NCBI RefSeq assembly: GCF_025526975.1
Contig: NW_026515675.1
Span: 868,001-932,000, forward strand
Length of the DNA stretch: 64,000 bases
Origin: Fimicolochytrium jonesii
Lineage: Eukaryota
Reading direction: 5' to 3'
Each line of letters opens with the position of its first letter. The first letter of the stretch is position 1. Of the stretch, positions 48,567 to 60,696 are shown piece after piece. The notes under the pieces were generated by a model that saw only the letters and a program-made list of their open reading frames with translations, did no database searches and had not been told where the DNA came from. A program made the position numbers and the translations under genes.

Positions 48567-49190
48567 ATGACGACACATCGCGAAGGAAATTTCGTCGAAG
48601 GCCTCTGGGTCGAAAAAAACCCCCTCTCCAGCGACATTGCGCCAGCAGTCCCCGAGGTCGGGTGCACGTCCGCCCCGCTGGAGTCAATGGCGTTCCATTT
48701 CGCCTCGTACTGCAAGAAGTACAATGACGATTATGTGTTGTGCAAGAATGAGAGCCAGGATCCCAAGCATTGTTTGAAGGAGGGGAGGAAGGTTACGAGA
48801 TGTGCGCTTGACCTGTGAGTTGGGGATTCGATTTGCCTACTTCAATCACGTTGCACGGCGCTACTGAAGGAAACGTATCCTGACACTGTTTTCTCTCTCT
48901 CTCTCGCAGTATCAAGAAACTGAAAGACAACTGCGACAAGGAATGGACCCAGCACTGGGAATGCCTAGACATGAACAACCACCACCTCTTCCAATGCCGG
49001 CCTCAGGAGAAGGCCTTCAACGATTGTGTTTTCAAGAAACTGGTATGTTTTCCCTTATACCTAAGGGAGTATACTGAGAATCGAGTCGTTAACACCGCCG
49101 TCAATTTTACAGGGCATAACGAAGGTCATACCCGAGACACCAGAGGGACAAACACCGGTGCATTTGAAGGAGAAGCCTCTTTACAAATAG
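48567..49190 (+). CDS. NDUFA8: NADH:ubiquinone oxidoreductase subunit NDUFA8 (twin CX9C)
   Basis: VPEVGCTSAPLESMAFHFASYCKKYNDDYVLCK....DPKHCLKEGRKVTRCA / NCDKEWTQHWECLD...FQCRPQEKAFNDCVFKKL / GITKVIP. Confidence 0.95.
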
Positions 49191-49982
49191 AACCCGATTA
49201 CACTGTTGAAGAATAGACTGGGACTTCATGGGAGTTATTACGTATGGAGACTGGCGATGTGTGAGTCAGATGGACGATGAATGGATGCGGCGCCTTCGTT
49301 CAACGCAGTTTGGTGTCGCGAGAACTTTGCGATGGATTGGTCAAATGGGGGGCGGATTCGAGTGGAGAGGTGGAATCTCGACTATGTGAAGGATTAGAAG
49401 GACTGCGGATATTCTCACCAACGGCAAAATAGATCGCCGAGCACATGAAAGCTCGCATATCCTTACATCGGCCCTCGCTTCATGAGCAGATTGGCGTGCC
49501 ACTTGCAGATTGAGCACGTCAGAAATCTTGCAGGTTGCGGAAAGTCATTTGCGTGGACCTCAACGCAAGACAGATTACTGGCCGGTCTACCTACCATACA
49601 CGCCCTATGCCGCTACGGATCACGTAGCATTTTGCATAAGAAATATCGCAACCCGACCCCCGTCAAGACGATAAAGATGAAAACCAGGCTCTCCTGACCA
49701 AATTAGGAGCTTGCATCGTCGTCAAGCCGGGATTCCTCTCCTTCGTTTTCGCTCCTCCTAGGCAAGCTCAACTTTACTAACCCCCCTATAGCGCATTCGT
49801 CGATCTCACGAAATCGCACATGTCGCTATGGCAATTGACTTTCTTATTGAGCCCGGTCCAAAAAAAACAAAATGGGGGATTTGATGGAAAACAGTACAGG
49901 TTCACTTTCGCACGCGTTACAATTGTCGGGCAGCATCGGAAACGTAGAGGAGGCTGTAGTTCAAAACACTGTAGGTGTGTTT

Positions 49983-50653
49983 CTACTTTCCGATCCCGAT
50001 ACTTTTTGCGTAGGCAGAGACCTCGCCGTCGGCCTCGATGTAGTCTACCTTCTCGTGGGCTTTGAAGGTTGCTGATTGGGGGAATTGACAAGGGTATGAG
50101 TAAACAAGAGTCCGGCTGCTTCACATCGAACGTTGGTCGGTTGATGGTTTGATTGATGAGATGAGATCCCCAACCCATTCCGCTCGCGACAAGGAGGTAG
50201 AGCGCCGGGAAGCACTCACACCGCAGCTCGCTGGCGTGCAGAAAGAGATGGGGCCAGCCCCACCCAACGCTCACCAACCCCATTACTACTCATTGTCCCT
50301 CACGCGATACTTACTAATAAGGTTGTCAGGCACAGTCGCCGAGAACCCCTTCATGGTAGTATCATAGCGATGCCCAATCTTGCCTCCTATAACCACACAA
50401 CAAACACCCCAAACGCGTTTTGTTCAGACCCATGCTAAACTTCTTGAACCAGCCCCGTATCTCCCTCCCATACCTTGGGCCTCGACGTCCTTGGCGGCCT
50501 GGTCGATTTCAGACTGGGGGGTCCCCTCCTTGAAGACGACGATGTACTTTCCTGTGAGGGGCGGGGGAGGTGAGGACAGACGGACTGGGGACTCTGACCA
50601 ACCAAGCCGGACGGGCCCCTGGCCAGTTGAGATGGGGGAGTCGTACCTGACAT
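49983..50653 (-). CDS. Small I9-family protease inhibitor (Pbi2/POIA1-like), 4 exons
   Basis: Spliced ~80 aa: MS/GKYIVVFKEGTPQSEIDQAAKDVEAQ/GGKIGHRYDTTMKGFSATVPDNLI/TTFKAHEKVDYIEADGEVSAYAKSIGIGK. It shows the subtilisin-propeptide motifs YIV.FK, GFSA and VDYIE.D. Confidence 0.9.
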
Positions 50654-51138
50654 GGTTGGGTTGGTGGACTGGGAGTGGGGAGTGGTGGGGGGGAGCGATG
50701 CGTTTTTGCGACTGTTGTTCGAACTGGGGGGGTCGGAAGAGGTGCGAGAGACCGTCGGAGATGATGTCACAACAAGGTGAACGCACAGCAGACTATTAAA
50801 AGCAAATAAAGGTCTGCCAACGCTCCACGTGACTGAGAACTCGCACAACCTTGCTATCGGAACAGATTGCGTGGCCAATCATATCTCGCAGATCGGCAAG
50901 GCCAGAGAGGCTTGATCTGGTTAATAAGCTCCTCGGTCTACAGTAGGGCTCTCCGTTCCGTCCCATCCCGGACGTCCCGTCCAGACTCCACACCACGCAC
51001 AGCACCCACGGGGGGACATTTGTCCCGCCGCGTTCGGACAAAATATATCGGCTTCCAACGTGACTTCGGCCCTCGTTTCTGCAACTTGAACGCGACCTTT
51101 CGTTTCAAGCATCGAACGGATCAGAAACGCAAGTAGGC

Positions 51139-52900
51139 ATGTTGGGGACAGGCAGCGCTGAGAGTGAAGAACTCGACCACGGCGTTGATCACACCAGCAT
51201 TTACAGCCGCTTTCCGGGACGAGAAGAGCAAATCGAGGCTCTTTCCTTGCTATTCGACAAGGTCGGTGTTCCCGACCCTCTCCTCGTCCGCTGCAATCTC
51301 GCTCATATGGTTTGATAGGACATCCCAACCCCGCCAGCCCTCCTCATCACTGGCCCCCGGGGCTCGGGCAAAACCACTCTCCTAAAATCCCTCCTGCATG
51401 CCAACCCCGCCGTTCGCTACGCATGGCTAAACTGCGTCGAGCGATTCACGCCCCGGCTGCTGTTCGAGAGCGCTCTAGCCCAATTGGCGGGTTTCCAACC
51501 GGAACCGCTGGGGAACGATTGTGCGGGTCCCTGGGGGACGTGGGCAAGGTGTGATAATGTGGCGGATTTTAGGGCGAGGTTGGGGGAGGTGCAGAGAGGG
51601 TGGGGCGACGCTGGGGAGGGGATAAAAACGGTTTTGGTGGGTTGGTTGGATGTGGGAGCTGTTCATGCGGTTGTGATTTCGCTTATGACCGGATTGTTCA
51701 CCCCAATAGGTGTTTGACGACTGCGAGAGGTTAAAGACTATCAATCCTCTGTTACTACCCGCCCTCCTCCGTCTGGAAGATTGCGTAAGTTTCCTGATAC
51801 AGTTTTGCGTCCCCTCAACCACCTTTCTAACAGCGGCTTCAAATGCCGCCACACCCACAGGTTGCCTCCAACATAACAATCCTCCTAATAAGCCACCTAA
51901 CTTGGGACGACTTCCGCTCCACCGCCGGCTCCTTCGAGCCCTACACCCTCGCATTCCCCGCTTACGGCAAATATGACACCCTACGCATTCTCGAGCGTGA
52001 CTGCCCGCCCGACGAAGAACTGGCATTCTTTACGAATTTCGTTGAGCTGCTTTATGATATGTTTCGGTACCCGTGCAGGGATCTGGGCGAGCTGAGGTAC
52101 CTCGTCAAGGTTTTCTTTCCGAAGTATTTGGAGCCGGTGCGGAATGGGACTTGTAAGTGTCATTAGCTGTCATATCGGCTCGTTTTGGGGGTTACGTGCT
52201 TTATATTGACGATTTGACACAGTCACACGAGAAGAAACCTCCAAACTCTACGGCCGCTTCGTCCCCTACTTCAAAGAAGCCCTCGAGCCCATCTACCTCC
52301 GGCAAGTCTCCAGCCTCGACCAGATGAAAACTTCCATTTCCGACTATACCCATTCCGTCATCTTGACTGCCACGTCGAGAGCGGTCGATCTGCCACATTA
52401 TACGAAATTTTTGGCCATTGCGTCGTTTTTGGCGTCGTACAACCCGCCACGGCTGGATATGCGGTTCTTTTCGAAGGGGGGAGAGGAGGGGAGGAAGAAG
52501 AGGGGTGGCGGGAGTGTTAAGGGGAGGGTTAATAAGGAGGGCGGGAAGGTAACGCATCTCCATGAATTTTCATGATCAACACCTCTAAACGCTCATTCAT
52601 CTCACCGACTCATCCCCCCTAATCACTCAGCTCCGCCAACAACTCCTCGGCCCAAAAGCCTTTCCCCTCGAACGCCTTCTCGCCATCTTCTACTCCATCA
52701 TCCCCGACGACATGGATGCCACCGTCGACGTGTACATGCAGCTCACGACCCTCGTCAACCTCCGCCTCCTGATACGCATCAGCCCGCCGGATAAGTTGGA
52801 CGGCGTCAAGTGTAAATGCAATATGAGCTATGAGACGGTTGCCGCGGTGGCTAGATCGGTGGGGTTTGCGGTGGGGATGTATTTGTTTGACTTTGAGTAG
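51139..52900 (+). CDS. ORC5: Origin recognition complex subunit 5
   Basis: FPGREEQI, Walker A GPRGSGKT, LNCVERFTPRLLFE, VFDDCERL, FPAY, CRDLGEL, LPHYTKFLAIASFLASYNPPRLDMRFF, QLLGPKAFPLERLLAIFYSI. Confidence 0.95.
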
Positions 52901-53504
52901 GGAGGAGGAGTGCAGGGTATAAGGAAACTGTAGGTAGAGCTCTCTATATATATTTTTTTTTGGGGGGGGGGGGGGGGGGGTGGGGGGGGAATGTGAAACA
53001 CTGTTTGCATATACATTACTTCGTCGCAAAGGGATGGATAATATGGAATGTATCTACTTTCGCACAGGTTTTCTCTGCTTTCGGGTGGCCGACGCGCAGG
53101 CTCAAGAGCTAGGGAATGCAGCTGCGTTAGAGCAGCGACAGAGGGAGATAGACGAGCCATCGAGCAGCGTAAGCCGGAGGACACGCAGCAACAGGAGGCT
53201 GCGAGGCACAAGCGGTCGAAAAAGCAGAACAGGGTCGTGTTGATCATCGCACCTATACTATGCATCGCAAATCATACTCATGCTTATCTTTGTCTTGAAG
53301 TGAGGAACTTCAGAGTCGAATTACCACGATGCTCCATCGGCTATAGTCGGATAACGGAAAGGGCGTCCAGTTTGAAGTAGAAGGGTTCTCCACCATCCTT
53401 GCCCCCATTCTTTGATGGTCAGCCTTTCGGTGTTGGAGGTGGTGATGGACATGTTGATGCACCCGCCGACGCTGAAGTTCGAGCCGCCGTTGCCATTCTC
53501 GCCA

Positions 53505-53680
53505 CTCTCCCCGCTACCGTTGCCACTTTCGCCGCCGCCGTTGTCACTCTCGCCGTCGTTGCCGTTACCGCCGTTGCCACTCTCGCCATCGTTGCCGTTA
53601 CTGCCGTCGTTGCCGTTACCGCCGCCATTCTCGCCATTCTCCACGCTGCCATTGCCACTCCCGCCGCCGTTCCCGTTCGA
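53505..53680 (-). repeat. Imperfect low-complexity tandem repeat (GGCAAC/GGCGAG/GGTAAC units; Gly-Asn-Glu-rich in one minus frame)
   Basis: The minus frame reads GNGSVENGENGGGNGNDGSNGNDGESGNGGNGNDGESDNGGGESGNGSGESGENGNGG. The + strand shows recurring ttgccgttacc, ttgccactctcgcc and gccgtcgttgcc units. Confidence 0.8.
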
Positions 53681-53823
53681 GGACCCATTGGAAGCTGCGT
53701 TGTTGCGCCACCGAGTGCCACTGCGAGTGCTGCGTCGAGGAACCCAACCGTCGCCGCTGGACGGCTCGGATTGGGTTCTGACTCAAAATTGATAGCACAG
53801 TATTCTGCGAAGCACCCACTCGA

Positions 53824-55791
53824 TCACACCGGTATGTGCCATTGCCAATCCGCAGGTTGTTGATCCCTCGGCGAAGGCTTCTCTAACAGATTGAGAGGAG
53901 GAACGAACGTTTCTCTTTCGTCACTATCATGCGGGTTCACTTGTGCGATCGTGACGATATCGATTTCCGGATCCTGCTCTTCGTCCTCGCTGGATTTTGT
54001 TGGCGGCTCTTCCTCCTGCGTACACATAGTGATTGCACGTCAATTGCAACCATGACATGCGTACCCCCGTCCATCCTCATGTAGCCATGTTGTACCTCGT
54101 CGAACTCGCTTTCCCTTTCCTGGTACTCGAAGTTCTCATCCAACAGACCAAAATCTAGCACGCTTGAATGTTGGGTTTCTCGTCTCGGGGGTTTTCAAGG
54201 GACCTAGAAGGCCGGGTCCGGGAACATACCAGGACAAAGCGCCGAGTATTGTTGTTTGTAACTAGGACCCCACAAATCCACCGTTCCGGACGTTCCGACT
54301 GACGCTAGCATCGGCTTGTACGGGTGCGCCTACATTACGCAACGCACCCAGCACTTATCAGTATCGTATGGGACCGAGCCGGCGGCGAATGCAATGCTCA
54401 CCGCAATCTGCACTAAGCCATCCTTGTCCTTGTCCAGCACTTTCACTAGATTCCCGACATGTCTATTCCATATGTATATCCGCTGGGTATATGTGATATC
54501 GGATGCTGTTTGCACGATCAGGGTGAATCCATGGTGACTCTCAAAATGTCCAGCACAAATGCCGTATGCCTCACCTCCAATAACAAACTCTCCATCAGCG
54601 CTGAACAAGCATTCCTTCCAGCTGAGGTGGTTAACCGAATCTTGGAAACGCTGCTCGTTCTCAAGAAGCATTTTGCCTTCGTCCATCCGCACCGTGAACA
54701 CTCGTATCGTCTTATCATTTGCATTGACAACAAGATCCCTGGGGTTGATGTTCAGCGCCTCGTCCCGTAGCCCTATAGCGGTGCTCGACCCGTGCCTACC
54801 TTCCCTTCGCGTCAAATCGAACGGTCCGCAAGCCTGCAGCACATACTCGCACGAAGTTCATAACCTGGCGAAAACAGGACGTCAGCATCAATGGGATGAG
54901 CTCTTCCATTCGGTACGGCAACCCTACCTCAAACTTTGTGGCGTCAAGTGTTACGATGTATCCCTTCTGCGTTCCGACCAGGATCTCATTTCCGGATGGA
55001 TGAAAGCATATCGTCCTTGCGTGTTGTGCCTGCATATTGGAAGTCCGCTGTTAAGGTGGTAACAAAATCAGTGGACGGCTCTGCAAGTGCCGTACCTGCG
55101 AGTTGGCCAGTACCACTTGCAAAGAAGCATGGAGCGAGATACGTTGCATCTGACTCGATGAACCATTTTTGGCTTTCATCAATACCGCATCGCCACTTCG
55201 CAAGATTGCAATCATGGTGTCTCTAGACCGCGAGGGTCGTGGCAATACGCTGTGAGCAAGCGCCTCTGCGTAACAAGCGACCGGCAACTGCAGTACCTCC
55301 GTGCTGGATGTATCTGCGCATAATCCACAGGGCATTCGAACCGCACAGTTTGTATTCGAGACCCATCGTCCAGATCCCATACTATGCAATTCCAATCCGC
55401 AGAGCTCGTTAGAAGATAGCGGCCGCAGTCAGTCCAGCTACAGATCAAAGGCCTTGATAATGAGACAATGAAAATATTTGGAGTGCAAAACGGCGTCGGA
55501 GCTCGTGCCTGATGGAAGTAATCCGATGAACGTGCCCAACAAGCTTTCGGGTCACTCCTCTGGTGTTCAAAGACCATACGGCGCATTCCCCGTCCAGATT
55601 TCCTACAGCAATGAAGCTGCCTTTATGATTGAAACTACAGCATGTCGCAAAACTCCCATCTGATAGCGTTCCGTCGATTTTCTCCAAATGGTGCTGGCCG
55701 AACGGGTCTACTGAAAGAAATCAGAACAAGATCTGAGTGACCAGATTCCATTCTCGTTCTTTCTTTCTTTACCGAGGTGTTCCAAGTTCAT
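53824..55791 (-). CDS. SWD1: COMPASS/Set1 complex WD40 subunit Swd1/RBBP5
   Basis: MNLEHL/DPF...CCSFNHKGSFIAVGNLDG, LVGHVHRITSI/SWTDCGRYLLTSSADWNCIVWDL, VVNANDKTIRV, FQDSVNHLSW..CLFSADGEFV, IYIWNRHVGNLVKVL, LDENFEYQERESEFDE. The 3' end is less certain. Confidence 0.92.
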
Positions 55792-56229
55792 GAGTTCTGG
55801 ACCCCTGGTCGTCCTTTACTGTAGAGGTCTTCTAAAACCTTCACCGATGGCCAATGGCTGGGAACTACTGCTGCTGTACGTAAATTGCCTACGTTCAAGA
55901 ACTGTTACAAACACTCGGAGCGAGGCGATAAATTTGACTGTACATACTGTACTAGGTAGATTGCAGATATCATATCGGCTCGATTTGGCGCCGGAAGAGC
56001 CGGAAGTGGGCAAGGGGGTCATTGGCGGTCATTGGTCAAACGCAGACAACCCAAATTCGATTCTTCGCATTCTTCGCGCGTCCACCGGGCAACTATAAAC
56101 TGTCCCATACGTTTCTCCCAAAAAGCACCTCAGGTACAGTACACTGGGTGGGAAATTGGCCAATACCCACAGCACCAACGCACCGCATTCGGCCTATAAT
56201 ATTCCGCAATAGACACGGCTTCTATCACA

Positions 56230-57910
56230 ATGCTCGCCCAAGCCCACTTCCCCGGAACCCCCGAGCAAGTGGGGCACTGGATCGCTAAACTCGGGCTGGC
56301 GGGATACACGCGGTCGTTTTTAGGTGAGTTAGTTTTCCCACAACCATGCTTCCATTTCATTTCCTCAAATAATCGGGTTTTTCGCAGAGAACGAGATAAC
56401 GGGCGAGGAGTTGCTGAGAGCCGACCATGATATGCTCAGAGCGCTGAATGTGCACTCGGTCGGGCATAGGTTGAGGATTCTGACGGCTATGTATAATATG
56501 AAGGTTGCGCTGGAACTGCCGTTTGAGGACGGGGATTATGTTTCGGAGCATCCCAAAGGTACGGGACTGCGGCGAGGGAAGCGAGGAGGAGGGGATGCTT
56601 GAGGACGAACGCGGGCGCATTTATAAGGAGCGAAGCGAGCTGTGAATGTGTAAGCGACAACGAACAGTCGTTCTTCGTTCTCCGTCCGCTTCGCTTCGCC
56701 CTTCCTTTGTTCTTCGCTTCGCTTCGCATCCAACCACCCGTTGCTCATCGACTCATCAACCATATCTAATCGGCACCAGAGCAAACCGGACTGAAGGACA
56801 TCATATCGCAACAAAGTGAGCAACCAGATCTATACACTTATGTACCCGACGTGGTCGATGCTAAACCTCGTTCGCTACCATCAGACCTTATAATACGACG
56901 GCTTAATCAAGAACTAGACGAAATGTATGCCTCATTAGAACAGCTGAGGGAGGATCTAAAACCTGTATGGGAATTGGTCCGCGAGCCACAGGTATCAATC
57001 ATACTACATTCGCACAGCGTTTTCATCTGCTTTGTTGACTGATTTCAATTGCCTTTTTCAGGACTGCGAGCATACAGAGACTTTGAAGCCAAAGACGAAC
57101 CTTCGACCTCAAACGCCACAGGTGTCCAACAGAGATGTACTGAAGCGCGAATATACCGTTGATACCTCCCGGCATCCCGTAAGTGCTCCCCCGCCCCTAA
57201 CCAGAATTTAGTCCCCCTCCTCAAAAATAACGCCCCGTCTCCCATCACCTCAGGTAACAAACGTCCTCGCCATGCGCGTCTACATTGACCCCTCCCTCAA
57301 CCGAAAATCCGAACCCTACAAAACCGTGCATCTCTCCAACCACGCCACCATCAACCTCATCATCCCCGAAGTCCTGCGCAAGTACAAGCTCTGGGACGAC
57401 CCGCAGAACTACGAGATGATCGTTTTGGATAGAGACGATGGGAGCACACGACGATTGGAGACGTATGAGTGGCCGCTGGATATCCTGAGGGATATGCCGA
57501 ACGCGCGGTTTGTGTTGAAGCGCGCCGAGGGCGTCGAGGAGATGATTCTTTTGCCCGGCGGGAAGGCGCCGATGCGGCCATTACGGATAGACACCAACAC
57601 CGCCAAATCCCTCGCACCATCACAACCCACAAATAGCAGCGCGTCCCCCTCCGAACGCGCGCAGGCCGTCGCGGTCTACGAGTACAACGCCACCCTCGCC
57701 GACGAGCTGGACGTATCGATCGGGGACCGGTTCGTGATTGCACGGCGGTGTGAGGGGTGGTGTGAGGTGGAGAAGGATGGACGGACGGGCTGGGTTCCGA
57801 GCGGGTGTCTGGCGGAGATGAGTGAACAGCAGGATGGGAGGTCGCCGGTCCATCTGAAGACGTCGCCGTTGGATATTAAGCCGGCGCCGTACGTTAGCAT
57901 GCTGTCGTGA
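56230..57910 (+). CDS. STE50: MAPK adaptor Ste50/Ubc2 (SAM, coiled coil, RA, SH3)
   Basis: SAM: TPEQVGHWIAKLGL..Y...F/ENEITGEELL...LRALNVHSVGHRLRILTAMYNMK. Coiled coil: LREDLKPV. RA: EPYKTV......LIIPEVLRKYKL.DD.QNY. SH3: AVAVYEYNATLADELDVSIGDRF...GWC...GWVPSGCL. Confidence 0.85.
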
Positions 57911-58279
57911 GGACGTGATGCCATTTGGGCCCATCGCAGACATCGATCGGCGTTTTTTTGAATACCCGTCGCGGCGTAGCGTATCGGCGTTACTGTAAAT
58001 ATAGCAGGGACATGATGTCCTTAACCCCCCTTTTTTGTACATAAGATACCCCGCGCCGTGGACTAGCCACTAATCTCAGTACCGACCCGGCCCAGTGTTG
58101 ATTCCCGCCTTTACTCCCTTCCGACAGTATAAGTAGACAGCTTAATGGCGGGGGTCTTTGCGTCTATTGCCGTTATGATTCGCAGTGAGGGGTAGATCCC
58201 AGAGACCCAAATATGTCGTATGTACAAATGATATCGGAACGGCAAAGCGTAAATGGGGATGATATCCCACCCCAAGCCT

Positions 58280-60374
58280 TCAGAAACACCCCTCAGGCCT
58301 AACCCGCCTCACCTCCCCTGTCGGCCCAACCAACACACACTGCGCCAACCCGCCCGTCCCCGGCCCGCCCTGCCCACCATAAGCCCCACCCAACACCCCG
58401 GTGGCCGTCTGCACCAACTTACACTCCCTATCGACCGCAAGCGCCGCGACGCGCGGGCCGTGGCGTACGTGGTACAGCTCCAGCACGCCGCGCGCGACGT
58501 AGATTGCAAGTAGAAGGGTGGGGGGTTTCCCTCTCCGTCTCGATCCCTCTGGTGTGTCATGTCGCCCGCCTGAGCCCCCCCGCAACCCCGCCTCAACCTG
58601 CACCCACCCACACTGCGCATCCCTCACTCCCTTGAACACCCGCACGACCATCGCCTCCTCCACATCCACGAGCATGCACCTCCCCAGCGAATCCGTCACC
58701 GCCGCCAGTTTCGATTTCCCCGTGAGCGTGCAGGGGGGGGACAGTTTGATGGAGGTGATTTGGCGTTGGGTGTCGGAGAGGGTGCAGAGGGCGGGCATGC
58801 GCACGGGCGGGGCTACTGTGTCGGGGAGGGTGGGTGTTGAGGATGTGGGAGTGCCGGGAGGGGAGGGGGTGGAGGGCGGGTAGGCAGAGGTGAGGGAGGT
58901 GGGGGTGTGGGTCCAGATTGTTTTGGCGAAGGAGAACATTGCGCTGCGAGAAAAAAAAAGGGACAATGGATTAGGGGGGAGGTTAGAGCGTTCCCGAGTA
59001 TGGAAATGGGCCATTTGAAAAACGTACTTTGTAACAGCACTCGTAACCTTCGTCGCAACATTCTTCAACGAATGCGACCTCCCCGCCTCCGACGTCGCAT
59101 AAAACGTAATCATCGGCCTCCCCACCCCAATATACCTCGCCGTCCGTCTCGTGCTCAGAAACGTGCTCGAAACCGGGTGAAAAGCCGGCGGGCTAATCAC
59201 CGTCGCGCTCGCAGGGCCCAAACTGACCATATCCAGTATCCGCTTCTGTTTATCGAACTGCCATTTCTTGTACACGAGGGCGGGCTGCTCCAAGGTTTCG
59301 CCGAAGTCTTTGTAACCCGCGACCACTTTGATGGCCATCCACACGCTCGGGCCGTCGATGCTGACGGCTTTGGAGTCGCCGTAGATGATAAGGACTTCGT
59401 CGCCGTCGGGTTCGATGGAGGTGGCGAGGGAGGTGGGCGTGATTGTCCGGATTTTGATGCCGATTACGGGGGAGAGATTTAGGAGATGGGAGATTAGGAG
59501 CCGACCACGCTGTAAGCCCAAGGTCCGTGAGTATCGGGTCATCCTCCATGCGCACTCACGCCGCGGTCTTATGTTACCTCATCGTATATCCTGAAGTAGC
59601 CGGACGAGAAGCCAACTATCACGGATATCGATACACCGCCTGGTCTGGTCCACGTATCTTCGTCAACACGTTTGCATAGAGGAATGCAGCTTAGCCTGCA
59701 GTTCGCATACCTACTTGCTTTTTACATTCGAGGGAATGAATAGCGGTGCGCATGTGACCGCTGTGATCTGTTCATCCCTAATCGATATCTATTGATGAGC
59801 CCACGTCCGTCCGTCGTCTCTCCCTTTTCTCATTCGTTCCACTAACCTATCCTCAGGCACCCCCTTCCCAACCAGCGCGTACTCCTGTGACTGTCCCGCT
59901 TTTAGTACCACAAACAAGCGATCCGTGGCGCAGACAAGATAGTTTGCGTCATGCGATAGTGAGGCAAACTGGCATATTGGCGAGGTTGGCAACGCGGGGC
60001 GGGTGTTTCCGTTTTGATGTTTGCTCTCGGCCTAGAACAGAGAGTGTGAGTCCACTGCATGGCCAGACATAGTGCCATTGATATTCATCCACGTACCCCC
60101 CATTCCCAGTCAGCATCCCAACTTGCTCCTAGAGTCGGCGAACGGACTTCAGTACAATTCAAACCACGGGCATCACACAACGAGCCCGCAATGGGCAATA
60201 CATACCATCGTGTTCCTCAACAGCGCTAGAGTCCTCCGCGCCCCACCTCCAGTTCTCCTCGATGCTGCTCGTCTGCCGTAACAGGATCGGGCCTCGTAGA
60301 CTGTCTAGGGCTTCGGGCGAGAGTTTCCGCCAGACACGGCTGTTTCGGGGGTCTGGCGATCCCGCGGGTTGCAT
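58280..60374 (-). CDS. RAB3GAP2: Rab3 GTPase-activating protein non-catalytic subunit (RAB3GAP2 N-terminal beta-propeller only)
   Basis: LVYKKWQF, KLAAVTDSLGRCMLVDV...VVRVFKGVRDAQCGW and LLAIYVARGVLELYHVRHGPRVAA are RAB3GAP2_N signatures. The start and small 5' exons (GASWDADWEWG) are inferred. Confidence 0.88.
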
Positions 60375-60696
60375 CCTTCGTTCAAGGTATAGCCAATTGT
60401 TCTCGCTCGAGGCTTTGAGAGTGGACTTGGAGCTGCGTTTATGGCTTTGCAGCTTCTTTGCCGCACAGAAGCTGTTTAGCTACCTCTCGTACAGTGTATT
60501 TTTCGAGGGAGATGTGGGGCTTTGGTCGTGGGCGACTTTGACGAGCAACACGTCATGGTTTTGACGGCTTGCCTTGCTTGATCGCGATTCAACTTCAACA
60601 ACAGCGCAGGTGGTGGGCACGTGAGTAGATAGAACTATGGGCGACTTTCTCTCCTTTCCTTCCTTCCTTTCCTTTTTCTTTCCCTCGGGTTACGCC

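Noticed and set aside
50830..50935. TPP-riboswitch-like words (CTGAGA ... CTTGATCTGGTTAAT)
   Set aside because: The two words are ~75 nt apart and the P5 stem does not close (no CCAG). The site is not in a thiamine gene. No aptamer was found in or upstream of the TenA gene either.
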